64,000 nt of DNA from NCBI GenBank assembly GCA_965649105.1, contig CBFGJP010000002.1:637-64636 (forward strand). Direction: 5' to 3'. Shown here one piece after another: positions 40,679-50,763 of this stretch. A program made the translations under genes and the position numbers. Under the pieces are notes generated by a model. It worked only from the letters and a program-made list of their open reading frames with translations, was not told the DNA's origin and made no database searches. This DNA is from a candidate division WOR-3 bacterium. GTDB taxonomy: Bacteria; Hydrothermota; Tepidihabitantia; SM23-42; JAOAFX01. Every line of letters begins with the position of its first letter. Within the stretch, counting starts at the first letter, position 1.

Positions 40679-41754
40679 AGAAAACTGGTTGTGAAGAACG
40701 GTGGCGTATAAGATGCAAGATGTTCAATCAAAAGACCGCCAATACTTGCACTCAAACCCCTGCCTGCTGTCCAGGCTATAACGAGTAAGGCATTGGTAAT
40801 AGGTTGTTCATCTTTGTGCACCTTTTCCATAGCAAAATTTGTAAATAGTGGTTGTGCCATATTCATAAGTGATGCTCTTATTAAAAAAGAAATAACCGCA
40901 AGTGGAATATTTTTCGTAATACCCATTATTATCAAAAATGGGATAGAAAAAATTTGCGAAAAGAAGACGGTTCTTATTTTACCTATTTTTTCGGAAATAA
41001 GGGGCGCAAGGAGCAGACCGGTGATTATTAAAAGCTGGGACATACTGAAATATAATCCTATTTGATTTGTTGGTATATTGAGCCAGTTTTTGAAATATAG
41101 ATTTATAAAAGGGATGCTTAAACCGGCACCGAGCCCGGTGATTAAATTGGGCAAAAATAATTTTATAATGATCGAAGTTTGGGTTTTAAATTGGAAAAAA
41201 TTCTCTTGCGGCATAGAGGTTTTTTCAACCTTTTCATCGATCATTAAATAGGGAATAAAAGCGACCATGACAAGTCCACCAAATATGTATAATGTGTAAC
41301 GATAGGTGAGATGTGCAGAAAGCCCGTAGTGCTCAATAATTCCTGGTAATATTCCACCAAGAATACTGCCAATTATACCAGCAACAAGTGAAGCGGCAAA
41401 GTTAAGACTGAATAAATAAGGTCTCTCTTTTGGTGTAGAGTTGCGCATAAAAAAGGGTGCGGCAGTGACCTGAAAAAAGACTGAAGCAACTCCGGAAATA
41501 AGGCTTGTCCAGATTATGGTTTGATAACTATTTGTTGAAACCTGTATTAAATAACAGATAAGGGTGATGGGAGTTGAAAATAACAAAATCTTTTTGATTG
41601 ATAATTTTTTAATAACCAGTGATGCGGGGATTGCCATCACAAGGGTACCAATGGTGCTGGAGGTGATTATATTGCCGATTCTGCCTTCGCCAAGGTTTAT
41701 CGCCTTTAGATAAAGATTGAATAATAACATAAATCCCGAAAATCCCATCCCCAT
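40636..41754 (-). CDS. MFS transporter
   Basis: 372 aa, polytopic, MFS-like helix packing and loop motifs. Confidence 0.65.
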   Translation of the reverse strand: MGMGFSGFMLLFNLYLKAINLGEGRIGNIITSSTIGTLVMAIPASLVIKKLSIKKILLFSTPITLICYLIQVSTNSYQTIIWTSLISGVASVFFQVTAAPFFMRNSTPKERPYLFSLNFAASLVAGIIGSILGGILPGIIEHYGLSAHLTYRYTLYIFGGLVMVAFIPYLMIDEKVEKTSMPQENFFQFKTQTSIIIKLFLPNLITGLGAGLSIPFINLYFKNWLNIPTNQIGLYFSMSQLLIITGLLLAPLISEKIGKIRTVFFSQIFSIPFLIIMGITKNIPLAVISFLIRASLMNMAQPLFTNFAMEKVHKDEQPITNALLVIAWTAGRGLSASIGGLLIEHLASYTPPFFTTSFLYLISSILLFVFFR

Positions 41755-41885
41755 AAAAAATGTCCCAGATAGAAATAGCCAACTATTACGGGAAATTAGT
41801 TTTAGATTTTGGCGATAAATATCTTTTGCGATATGTATCTTTCTAAAAATATTTTGATTGATTATGGGTATAATAGCTCTTCTTT

Positions 41886-42659
41886 CTACTTAAGTTTTTT
41901 TATTAATATTTCTGCCAACTTCTTACCTGACAATAACATACCTCCAAATATTGGACCCATTCTTGGTCCGCCAAATACCGCATTTGCTGCCATACCACAG
42001 ACATATAAACCGGGATAGACTTCGCGGGTATTTTTTATGGTCATATTTTCAGCGATTTCCGCCCACATTGATTTTTCGCCTTCAATCTTCCCTGAGACAG
42101 TCAAAAGCCTGCCTCCACTTTTTCTCTCCACTATATGTACAATTTCGCATTGGTGCCCAGTAGCATCAATCACGACCTTTGACTTGAATGTAATCGGGTC
42201 AATATGGAGTTTGGCAATATCAACACTCGTCCAGTTTACTACTACACCACAGACTTTGTCTTCCCTAATCATCACATCTTCAATCTTCATGAGATTAAAG
42301 ATTTTCAAGCCATGTTTTAATGCCTTATCCGTGAGACAGGCGGTTGCCTCAAGCGAGTCTGCAACATAATAACCTTTTTCGTATTCTTTATATCTTATTC
42401 CGAATTCTTCAAGAATTTCCAATCCCTGTTTTTGCACGACAATTTTATTAAACATAATCCCACCGCCGGGCATACCTCCACCAAGTTTTAGAGCACTCTC
42501 AAAAAGGGCCGTCTTGAACCCATTTTTCGCAAGATAATAACCTACACATAGTCCAGAAGGACCTGCACCACCAATGATTACATCTGATTCCACATAATTT
42601 AAAAGGTCTTTTAAATAGGTCTCTATGATTGCCCGTGAAATAATTGTTTCATCAATCAT
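41886..42659 (-). CDS. thi4: thiazole synthase Thi4 (archaeal/anaerobe-type)
   Basis: FAD/NAD dinucleotide motif [11 protein letters not shown] and Thi4 family pattern to …GMLLSGKK. Confidence 0.8.
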   Translation of the reverse strand: MIDETIISRAIIETYLKDLLNYVESDVIIGGAGPSGLCVGYYLAKNGFKTALFESALKLGGGMPGGGIMFNKIVVQKQGLEILEEFGIRYKEYEKGYYVADSLEATACLTDKALKHGLKIFNLMKIEDVMIREDKVCGVVVNWTSVDIAKLHIDPITFKSKVVIDATGHQCEIVHIVERKSGGRLLTVSGKIEGEKSMWAEIAENMTIKNTREVYPGLYVCGMAANAVFGGPRMGPIFGGMLLSGKKLAEILIKKLK

Positions 42660-42661
42660 TA

Positions 42662-43177
42662 TTATAATACCCCAAATCTTGCACCAAAAGAGAGTCGGAA
42701 CAATGCTTCAGTATCGCCCGCATCATAAACGATGATGCCTGGTTCAACAAATAATTTTGTTTTTAGATTTAATGAGTAATTAAAACCCATACCAAATCGG
42801 AAAGAAAAAAATGTTTGGGTATCTGCTTGTCCAGGCGGGTCAAAAATTTCAAACCCAAGTCCACCATGGACATAGGGTTCAATTTCTGTCATCGGGATAT
42901 AGAATAATCCATCAATAGAAAGTCCACTTGCCACCCATCCTCCAGAATTTAAATAAAATCTGGTGCCATTACCAAAAACCACTTCAGTAAATGTCATTCT
43001 TAAACCTATCTGCTTAATGGGATTGATAATGCATTCTCCACCAATACCGAAATAGGCATCGTTACCGATGTACATACTTGCTTTAGGAGCAAGTTCAAGA
43101 ACAGCAAATTGTCTTTTAAAACCTTTTGCCTGGGCAAAAAATATTAGAATGATAATGAAAATAATAAACTTTTTCAT
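42662..43177 (-). CDS. small outer-membrane beta-barrel protein (OmpW/Opa-like)
   Basis: Signal peptide; alternating hydrophobic beta-strands; C-terminal …RFGVL. Confidence 0.55.
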   Translation of the reverse strand: MKKFIIFIIILIFFAQAKGFKRQFAVLELAPKASMYIGNDAYFGIGGECIINPIKQIGLRMTFTEVVFGNGTRFYLNSGGWVASGLSIDGLFYIPMTEIEPYVHGGLGFEIFDPPGQADTQTFFSFRFGMGFNYSLNLKTKLFVEPGIIVYDAGDTEALFRLSFGARFGVL

Positions 43178-43263
43178 TTTTTTCTCCTTTTTATTAATAT
43201 TATTAATAGATTATACACGAATTTGCCAAATTTTCAAGGGGGATTATTTAGAAAATAATATTA

Positions 43264-43291
43264 TTGACTTTAACTAAAAATTGGGTATAAT
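43264..43291 (+). promoter_or_regulatory. sigma70-type promoter TTGACT-16-TATAAT for porGDAB, with structured leader of about 95 nt
   Basis: ttgact 43264-43269; tataat 43286-43291; leader hairpin ACCCTG…CAGGGT at approx. 43333-43356; AAGGAG RBS. Confidence 0.55.
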
Positions 43292-43392
43292 AAATCGAAA
43301 AAGACATTTCCTAAAAAGGACGATTATATTCAACCCTGCTTTAATTCAACAGGGTAATTATTTATAGATTAACTTTAAAAAAGGAGTAAATA

Positions 43393-43971
43393 ATGGCAAT
43401 GCTTGAAATAAGATGGCATGGACGGGGTGGTCAGGGTGCAAAGACTGCTGCCTTGCTCTTTGCCGATGCAGCAGTAGAGACTGGAAAATATATTCAGGCT
43501 TTTCCTGAATATGGTCCGGAAAGGATGGGTGCACCGGTATTTGCATTCAACCGGCTTTCAGATAAACCCATTCTTCAACATTGTGGCATTAAAAATCCGA
43601 ATATTGTCGTGGTTCTCGATCCAACTTTAATGGAGACAATTGATGTTACAGAAGGAATAGCGGAAAATGGAATCATTCTGGTTAATACCCAGAAGACGGC
43701 GCAGGAAATAAGAGAACAACTGAAGATAAAGAGTGATAAAATTAAGGTATATGTTGTGGATGCGAGTAAGATTGCAAAAGAGATTTTAAAGAGGGATATT
43801 CCCAATACACCGATGCTGGGCGCATTAATTAAGGTTTCAAAACTTCTTGAATTTAAACCTATGCTTGAGTCAGTAAAAAAGAGGCTTGAACACAAATTTC
43901 CAAACCGTCCCGATGTGGTGGAAGGTAATATTAAGGCAATAGTTCGTGCCTATGAGGAGGTAAAAGAATGA
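43393..43971 (+). CDS. porG: pyruvate:ferredoxin oxidoreductase gamma subunit
   Basis: 192 aa, GRGGQGAKTAA…family pattern. Confidence 0.9.
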   Translation: MAMLEIRWHGRGGQGAKTAALLFADAAVETGKYIQAFPEYGPERMGAPVFAFNRLSDKPILQHCGIKNPNIVVVLDPTLMETIDVTEGIAENGIILVNTQKTAQEIREQLKIKSDKIKVYVVDASKIAKEILKRDIPNTPMLGALIKVSKLLEFKPMLESVKKRLEHKFPNRPDVVEGNIKAIVRAYEEVKE

Positions 43972-44258
43972 AGAAAGAAAAGAAAAATTGGAAAGATTTA
44001 CCAATAGGGCTTGCCTGGAAATCAGGAACAAGCAAGGAATTTGAAACCGGTGACTGGCGTAGTGATAAGCCGATCTGGGATGAGAAGAAATGTACCCACT
44101 GTCTTATCTGCTGGATATACTGTCCGGATTCAGCAATTATCATCAAAGATGGCAAGGTCCAGGGTATTGATTATAAATATTGCAAAGGATGTGGTATCTG
44201 TGCCGAGGAATGTCCGCCAAAGATAAAGGCAATTACAATGGTAAGGGAGGAAAAATGA
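43968..44258 (+). CDS. porD: pyruvate:ferredoxin oxidoreductase delta subunit (2[4Fe-4S])
   Basis: CTHCLICWIYCP and CKGCGICAEECP clusters. Confidence 0.9.
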   Translation: MKKEKKNWKDLPIGLAWKSGTSKEFETGDWRSDKPIWDEKKCTHCLICWIYCPDSAIIIKDGKVQGIDYKYCKGCGICAEECPPKIKAITMVREEK

Positions 44259-45427
44259 TTGTTGCAAGGACTGGTAATGAGGCGATGGCAGAGGCAATGC
44301 GACAGATAAATCCAGATGTTGTCGCTGCATATCCAATCACACCGGCAACCGAGGTTGTACAATTATTTGCTTCTTTTGTTGCTGATGGTCAGGTCACAAC
44401 CGAATTCGTGCCCGCAGAAAGCGAACATTCGGCGCTGAGTGCCTGTGTTGGCGCCTCGGCCGCCGGTGCCAGGGTGATGACATCCACTTCTTCCCAGGGA
44501 CTTGCCCTGATGCATGAAATATTATTCATTGCGAGTGGCTTGAGATTGCCCATTGTTATCTGTCTTGTTAATCGTGCCTTATCAAGCCCGATAAATATCC
44601 ATTGCGACCATTCGGATTCACTTGCCTCAAGAGATGCCGGTTGGCTCCAGATATTTACGGAAAATACACAGGAAGCTTATGATACAACAATTATGGCAAT
44701 AAAAATGGCGGAAGAGATTATGCTGCCGGCAATGGTTACAACCGATGGTTTTATCATCAGCCATGGCATGGAAAGAATAGAATTGATTGATGACGATAAG
44801 GTTCCAAAATGGCTGGGTGAAAGGAAGGTTGTAAACAATCTTTTAGATGTAGATAATCCAATCACCCTTGGTATGCTTGACCTTCAGGATTACTATTTTG
44901 AACACAAACGTCAGGAAATAGAAGCAATGAATAATTGCCTGCCAATAATTGAAAAAGTCCAGAAGGATTTTGGTGATACATTTGGTAGATATTATTCAGT
45001 CGTTGATGAATATAAGATGGATGATGCCGAGGTTGCAATCCTCGCTATGGGTTCAACTGGTGGGACTGCAAAGGTTGCCGTAGATAGAATGCGCGAAAAG
45101 GGCAAGAAGGTCGGTTTGATTCGCTGTCGGATTTATAGACCATTTCCCCGGGAAGCGATGTTAAAGGCTATTACAAAGGTTAAAGTGCTTGGCGTAATGG
45201 ACCGCGCTGACACACTTTCTACAATGGGTGGCCATCTGTATAATGATTGCAGGTCTATCCTTTATGAATCAGAAAGGAAACCATTGTTGAAGAATTATGT
45301 CTATGGACTCGGTGGCAGGGACATTAGCATCGAAGAGATTGAACAGATCTTTGAACAGTTGTTGAAGATTAAAGAGACGGGCAAGATTGATAAGGATATT
45401 GTCTATTATGGGGTAAGGGGGGAATAA
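44255..45427 (+). CDS. porA: pyruvate:ferredoxin oxidoreductase alpha subunit
   Basis: Family pattern from MIVARTGNEAMAEA…. Start set at ATG 44255 (AGGGAGG RBS, ATGA overlap with porD) rather than track start 44180. Confidence 0.9.
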   Translation: MIVARTGNEAMAEAMRQINPDVVAAYPITPATEVVQLFASFVADGQVTTEFVPAESEHSALSACVGASAAGARVMTSTSSQGLALMHEILFIASGLRLPIVICLVNRALSSPINIHCDHSDSLASRDAGWLQIFTENTQEAYDTTIMAIKMAEEIMLPAMVTTDGFIISHGMERIELIDDDKVPKWLGERKVVNNLLDVDNPITLGMLDLQDYYFEHKRQEIEAMNNCLPIIEKVQKDFGDTFGRYYSVVDEYKMDDAEVAILAMGSTGGTAKVAVDRMREKGKKVGLIRCRIYRPFPREAMLKAITKVKVLGVMDRADTLSTMGGHLYNDCRSILYESERKPLLKNYVYGLGGRDISIEEIEQIFEQLLKIKETGKIDKDIVYYGVRGE

Positions 45428-46347
45428 TGGCGACATTAAAAGAACTTGCTCAGCAGGGAGAAAAATTTCTGGGTGGCCACCGCGCTTGCGCTGGTTGCGG
45501 GGCAACAATTGTTGCAAGGCAGGTCCTGCTCGCAGCACAATATCCTGTGATCGTAGGTGCAGCAACGGGCTGTCTTGAGGTTATCTCTACGATCTTCCCT
45601 TATTCTGCCTGGAATGTGCCGTATATTCATAATGCCTTTGAGAATGTGGCAGCAACGATGTCCGGTGTTGAAGCGGCATATAAGGCTTTAAAGAAGAAAG
45701 GCAAAATAAATAAGGATTTAAGATTTATTGCCTTTGGCGGTGATGGTGGGACTTACGACATCGGTTTGCAATCGCTATCCGGAATGATTGAACGAAGACA
45801 CCGTGTTTTATATGTCTGCTACAATAATGAGGCTTATATGAATACTGGAATCCAGCGTTCATCGGCGACCCCTTATGGTGCACATACTACAACATCACCG
45901 GCTGGAACGGTAATCCCGGGTAAGCTACAACCGCGCAAGAATCTTACCGAAATAATTATTGCCCATGAGCCCGCCTATGCTGCTCAGGCAACAATTGGTT
46001 ACTGGAATGACCTGGCGACAAAAGTTCGTAAGGCACTCGATGCGGACGGTCCTTCATTTATCAATGTATTTTCACCCTGTAGACTGGGTTGGGCTTATCC
46101 ACCGGAAAAGACAGTTGCAATTACCAAACTTGCCGTTGAAACCTGTGTCTGGCCACTTTATGAATATGAAAATGGAAAATATAGAATCACGGTAAAACCG
46201 AAAGAGAAAAAGCCTGTTGAGGAATTCTTAAAAATGCAGGGCAGATTTACTCATTTATTCAAACTAAAAGATTTGACACTGATTAAAGAATTTCAGGCAG
46301 AAGTAGATAGGATCTGGGAAAGACTACAGAAGCGAACTGCCGAATAA
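45427..46347 (+). CDS. porB: pyruvate:ferredoxin oxidoreductase beta subunit (TPP-binding)
   Basis: GHRACAGCG and TPP motif GGDGGTYDIG. Confidence 0.9.
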   Translation: MATLKELAQQGEKFLGGHRACAGCGATIVARQVLLAAQYPVIVGAATGCLEVISTIFPYSAWNVPYIHNAFENVAATMSGVEAAYKALKKKGKINKDLRFIAFGGDGGTYDIGLQSLSGMIERRHRVLYVCYNNEAYMNTGIQRSSATPYGAHTTTSPAGTVIPGKLQPRKNLTEIIIAHEPAYAAQATIGYWNDLATKVRKALDADGPSFINVFSPCRLGWAYPPEKTVAITKLAVETCVWPLYEYENGKYRITVKPKEKKPVEEFLKMQGRFTHLFKLKDLTLIKEFQAEVDRIWERLQKRTAE

Positions 46348-46355
46348 TAAATTAA

Positions 46356-46398
46356 TGGGATATCAAGGGGCAACTAATGTGTCACCCTTGATATCCCA
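46356..46398 (+). terminator. long perfect hairpin (14-bp stem, contains GATATC) after porB; probable terminator or protein-binding palindrome
   Basis: TGGGATATCAAGGGG caactaatgtgt CACCCTTGATATCCCA. Confidence 0.5.
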
Positions 46399-46440
46399 TT
46401 ATCACTCTTGAACTGCCTTGGTTCTTTCTGTCAATAAACT

Positions 46441-47055
46441 ATGTTAAAAGTTATCATCTTTGATCTTGACGGGACCTTATACACCAGTGCCGAGGTCTAT
46501 CAAAAATTTGCTCAAGCAGCATACCATACATACGCAAAATTAAAGAAATCAACCATTGAACAGGCAAAGGAGATTCTTGAGAAACGCAGAGAAGAGATGA
46601 AAAAAGAAAGAGGTTATGCAGTCCCTTACACCCTTGCCCTCCTGTCATTTGGGATTCCGATTGAAGAATGGCATAAGGAGAATATAAAATTTTTTAATGC
46701 GGGTGATTTTTTAATGAAAGATGAGGTATTAAAAAAAATTTTAACAAAACTTAAAGAAAAATACAAACTTGCAGTATTTACCAATAACAACAAAATTCAA
46801 ACTGAAAGAATTTTAAAGGCACTGGGAATAGAAAAATTATTTGATTACATCTTTACTTATGAAAGCTTTGAACTCATCAAACCAAACCCAGAAGTTTTTA
46901 AAAAGATCATAAAAGAACTAAAAGTTAAACCTAACGAATGTATGATGGTTGGAGACCGGTATTATGTTGACCTTCTGCCGGCAAAAGAACAGGGGATGGA
47001 GATACATGAAGTTAAGGGTCCGGAAGACATTTCTGAATTATTAGAAATCCTTTAA
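46441..47055 (+). CDS. HAD-superfamily hydrolase (subfamily IA)
   Basis: Motif I IIFDLDGTL at the N-terminus; motif IV MVGDRYYVD. Confidence 0.8.
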   Translation: MLKVIIFDLDGTLYTSAEVYQKFAQAAYHTYAKLKKSTIEQAKEILEKRREEMKKERGYAVPYTLALLSFGIPIEEWHKENIKFFNAGDFLMKDEVLKKILTKLKEKYKLAVFTNNNKIQTERILKALGIEKLFDYIFTYESFELIKPNPEVFKKIIKELKVKPNECMMVGDRYYVDLLPAKEQGMEIHEVKGPEDISELLEIL

Positions 47056-47146
47056 AAATCAGGTATTGAAAAGTTTCGGTGTAGCCATTGGAAGTAGCTT
47101 AGACATTTACAAAGTCAAAAATTGAAAGTATTAGATTTGCGAATTC

Positions 47147-47174
47147 TTGACTTTAACCAGATTCGGTCTATAAT
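47147..47174 (+). promoter_or_regulatory. sigma70-type promoter TTGACT-16-TATAAT for the secreted TldD/TldE-like gene pair
   Basis: ttgact 47147-47152; tataat 47169-47174; AAGGAGG RBS. Confidence 0.6.
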
Positions 47175-47196
47175 TTAAATCATTAAGGAGGTTTTG

Positions 47197-48867
47197 ATGA
47201 AAAAATTAATGATTTCTTTAATTCTGACATTTCTAATTGCTGGCTTTGCAGAGAATGTGGTTCTTAATACAATGTCAAATGAGCTGAATCGTTCTTACCG
47301 TATTCTTGGCAAACAAAAGCCATACCCACTTTATTTTCTACAATATGAGATAATGGACGAACACCAGGTATTTATCCTGGCATCATTGGGTGCAATTACC
47401 GAAGACTATGAGCAGAAACACCGCTATCTTGATGTAGATGTTAGAATTGGTTCATGCCGGCTCGATAATACCCATGAAATTAGGGGGGCAGAAGAGTATG
47501 ATTGGTGGAAATCACCGGTTGAAGTCCCGATTGATAATAATGGCGATGCATTACGTTTGCTCTTATGGGCAGAAACGGATAAAAAATTCAAAGCAGCGCA
47601 GGAAAGGTACATAAAAATTATTAATGAAAGACAGGTGAAAGTTTTAGAAGCAGATACATCACCTGATTTTAGTGTTGCACCAAAAGTGATTTATGAGGGA
47701 AATCTTGATACAATTATTTTTGATAAAGAATTGTGGAAGGCAAAACTTCGTAGACTATCAAACATTTTTAAAGATTATCCATGGATCTACAACTCCCGCG
47801 TCGCACTTCGGGCGAATTCTTTGACCAAGTATCTTGTAAATACTGATGGCACAAAATTAGTTCACAATAAAATTGGTTATTATCTAAATATTTACGCTGA
47901 GACAATGGCTGATGATGGAATGGAACTCTATCTTAGTTATCCGGTTTATGTGAGAAATCTTAAAGATATGCCTGATGAAGAGATTTTAAAAAGCTATACT
48001 GATTCTTTGATTCAAAATTTATATGCATTAAGAAATGCGCCGATGGTTGAACCATATTCAGGACCTGCAATTATGATGAATCGTGCGTGCGGTGTATTCT
48101 TTCATGAAATTTTTGGACATCGGATTGAAGGGCATAGACAGAAGAGCGAATTTGAAGGGCAGACATTCACGAAAAAATTGAATGAAAGGATAATGCCTGA
48201 ATTTATTTCGGTATATGATGACCCTACGATGGAAAGATATGGAAATCAGGATTTAAATGGTCATTATCTATTTGATGATGAAGGGGTAAGGGCACAGAAA
48301 GCAACGATAGTTGAAAATGGAATACTGAAATGTTTTTTAATGAGTAGATCACCAATCGCAAATTTCCCATCTTCAAATGGCCATGGTAGAAGACAATATG
48401 GCAGAAAGGTTGTAGCACGCCAGGGTGTTCTGTATATAAAGTCAAGCAATGAAGTTCCTTTTGAAAAATTACGCAATGCATTAATTGAGGAATGCAAAAG
48501 GCAGAATAAGCCATATGGTCTTATCTTTTATGATATTTCCGGTGGATTTACTACTACTGGTAGAGAGGGACCACAGACCTTTAAAGTCATTCCCCTGTTA
48601 GTAAAAATGGTCTATGTAGATGGCAGACCGGATGAGGTTGTGAGAGGTGTTGATATTGTTGGAACACCGCTTCTTTCGCTATCAAAAATTATTCTAACCG
48701 GTAATGACTACGATATTTTTAATGGAACCTGTGGTGCAGAGTCAGGATGGGTTCCGGTCTCGGCGATTGCCCCTTCCATTCTGGTCTCTGAAATTGAGGT
48801 TGAAAAAAAGGCAAAAGGTCAGGACAAACCGCCGATTTTACCTGCACCAGGTGAATCATCAAGATAG
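47197..48867 (+). CDS. secreted TldD-like metalloprotease (HExxxH present)
   Basis: Signal peptide MKKLMISLILTFLIAGFA; HEIFGHRIEGH motif; C-terminal PmbA/TldD domain (…SNGHGRRQ…). Start set to ATG 47197 (track start is TTG 47194). Confidence 0.75.
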   Translation: MKKLMISLILTFLIAGFAENVVLNTMSNELNRSYRILGKQKPYPLYFLQYEIMDEHQVFILASLGAITEDYEQKHRYLDVDVRIGSCRLDNTHEIRGAEEYDWWKSPVEVPIDNNGDALRLLLWAETDKKFKAAQERYIKIINERQVKVLEADTSPDFSVAPKVIYEGNLDTIIFDKELWKAKLRRLSNIFKDYPWIYNSRVALRANSLTKYLVNTDGTKLVHNKIGYYLNIYAETMADDGMELYLSYPVYVRNLKDMPDEEILKSYTDSLIQNLYALRNAPMVEPYSGPAIMMNRACGVFFHEIFGHRIEGHRQKSEFEGQTFTKKLNERIMPEFISVYDDPTMERYGNQDLNGHYLFDDEGVRAQKATIVENGILKCFLMSRSPIANFPSSNGHGRRQYGRKVVARQGVLYIKSSNEVPFEKLRNALIEECKRQNKPYGLIFYDISGGFTTTGREGPQTFKVIPLLVKMVYVDGRPDEVVRGVDIVGTPLLSLSKIILTGNDYDIFNGTCGAESGWVPVSAIAPSILVSEIEVEKKAKGQDKPPILPAPGESSR

Positions 48868-48875
48868 GAGGAGAA

Positions 48876-50690
48876 ATGGCAATTATTAATTTCAAATGTC
48901 AAATGAAAAATTCCAGAAAGAAAGAGAATGGTCAGTTGGTTGGGATTGGTAGGCTAATTTTTTCATTGATTACACTGATTACCTCGGTCTTTAGTTTTTC
49001 ATCAGAACCAACAGAGAAAAATATTTTATTCCAGGCATTGCAGGATGAGATGACGAGGAGTATTAACGAATTACAATTAGAGAATCAGGCAAAGCCTTAT
49101 TATATCGCCTACCGTGTTAAGGATATTAATGAGATTGAAATAAAGGCATCATTCGGCGGATTGTTATCAAGTGTTGAATCAAAAAAACGGGAAATCTTTG
49201 TTGATTTAAGGGTGGGCGATTATCAATTGGATAATAGCAATTTTATCTGTCAGACTACGGGTTCAAGGATAATACAATCTGAAAGGGCTGACCTGCCGAT
49301 TGAAGATGAATATTTTGCTTTAAGGCAGGCAATCTGGCTTGTCACAGACGGCACATATAAGAAGGCACTTGAGAAACTTGCCCGAAAAAAGGCTTACTAT
49401 CAGAATAAACAGACCACGGATACAGTCCCTGATTTTATTAGGGTCAAACCCTGCTCACTTATTGAACCTGTCCCAATTTTTATATACGATATAAATAAAC
49501 TGAATGCAGAAGTTGTCAGGTTTTCAAAAATTTTAAAAAATTATAAATCAATCTTTGAATCAAATGTACAGTTTATGTTAAAATACGGGAATCAATATTT
49601 TCTGGATAGCGATGGGGCAAAGAATGTGCGTCAGGAGATTATTGCAGGTATTGAGGTGAAGGCGAAGGCACAGGCAAAGACCGGCGAGGACATTGAAGAT
49701 TTCATTGGATTTTATGGTAAAAGTCTTGAAGATTTAGATTTTGCAGGAATTGAAAAATCAATTAATGCTTGGGCAGAAACATTAATGGTTAAGGTTAATG
49801 CAAAGAATGAAGAAGGTTATTCAGGACCTGTTTTATTTCTTGGGCAGGCTGCATGTGAATTATTCTTTCAGATTCTTGGTAAAGGTGCAAGTGGTGTTAG
49901 ACAACCGGTTGTTGAAAGCGAAATGATTGACAGAAACATACCAAAGTCAAACTTCGGTTTACTTTCTAATCGTCTTAACAAGCGCATATTACCGGAGTTC
50001 ATTTCGGTATTTGATGACCCCAATTTAAGAGAATATAAGGAAATACCTTTGATTGGTGGTTTTTCAATAGATGAACAGGGTGTAAAGTCAGAAAGGGTTG
50101 AACTTGTTAGAGAAGGTAAATTGATAAATTTCTTGATGAGCAGGACCCCAACAAATAAAATAAAAGAATCAAATGGCCATGCGCGGTATTATGATGAATT
50201 CTATGGTTCAAGATATATTGGATTTGTGAGTAATCTGATAGTCAATTCCAGGCAAAGATTGAGTGAAACAGAACTTATAGAAAAATTAAAAACGCTGGCA
50301 AAGGATTATGGAAATGATTATGGAATCATCATTACCAGATTACAGACTACCGCACCGCAAAATGCAATGGACCGATATAGAAGATTTTACCAGGCAAGGG
50401 CAAAACAACTACCATTGATTTCTGCACCGGAAAATATATATCGTATTGATACAAAGACCGGTTCTGTAGAATTGATTGGCGGTCTGGAATTTTCTCAAAT
50501 TACACCGGGCATTTTAAAAGACATCGTTGCAACCGGAGATAAAGAATATATATACAATTCTGTATATCGGAGTGATTATGGTGATGAGTATCCAATCTCC
50601 ATTGTTGCACCTGCAATCCTTATAGAAGAGATAGAATTGGTTCCAAAGAAGCCTGAAACAAAAAAACCGCCGATTGTTCCCCGTCCCTAA
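48876..50690 (+). CDS. secreted TldE/PmbA-like partner protein (HExxxH replaced, predicted non-catalytic)
   Basis: Paralogous to the upstream gene over the C-terminal domain (ILPEFISVFDDP…FLMSRTP…SNGHARY). QILGKGASGV in place of the HExxxH site. N-terminal hydrophobic signal/anchor. Confidence 0.7.
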   Translation: MAIINFKCQMKNSRKKENGQLVGIGRLIFSLITLITSVFSFSSEPTEKNILFQALQDEMTRSINELQLENQAKPYYIAYRVKDINEIEIKASFGGLLSSVESKKREIFVDLRVGDYQLDNSNFICQTTGSRIIQSERADLPIEDEYFALRQAIWLVTDGTYKKALEKLARKKAYYQNKQTTDTVPDFIRVKPCSLIEPVPIFIYDINKLNAEVVRFSKILKNYKSIFESNVQFMLKYGNQYFLDSDGAKNVRQEIIAGIEVKAKAQAKTGEDIEDFIGFYGKSLEDLDFAGIEKSINAWAETLMVKVNAKNEEGYSGPVLFLGQAACELFFQILGKGASGVRQPVVESEMIDRNIPKSNFGLLSNRLNKRILPEFISVFDDPNLREYKEIPLIGGFSIDEQGVKSERVELVREGKLINFLMSRTPTNKIKESNGHARYYDEFYGSRYIGFVSNLIVNSRQRLSETELIEKLKTLAKDYGNDYGIIITRLQTTAPQNAMDRYRRFYQARAKQLPLISAPENIYRIDTKTGSVELIGGLEFSQITPGILKDIVATGDKEYIYNSVYRSDYGDEYPISIVAPAILIEEIELVPKKPETKKPPIVPRP

Positions 50691-50763
50691 CGCCTTTCTT
50701 ATTTATGAAAAATTGTTTTTTTCAGATAATAAAATATATAATACAATCTGGAGGATTTACTCC

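Noticed and set aside
44180-44254. Track start of porA at 44180, giving a 25-aa N-terminal extension overlapping porD
   Set aside because: ATG at 44255 is preceded by AGGGAGG and matches the conserved PorA N-terminus (MIVARTGNEA…). The extension has no homology, and its overlap is atypical.
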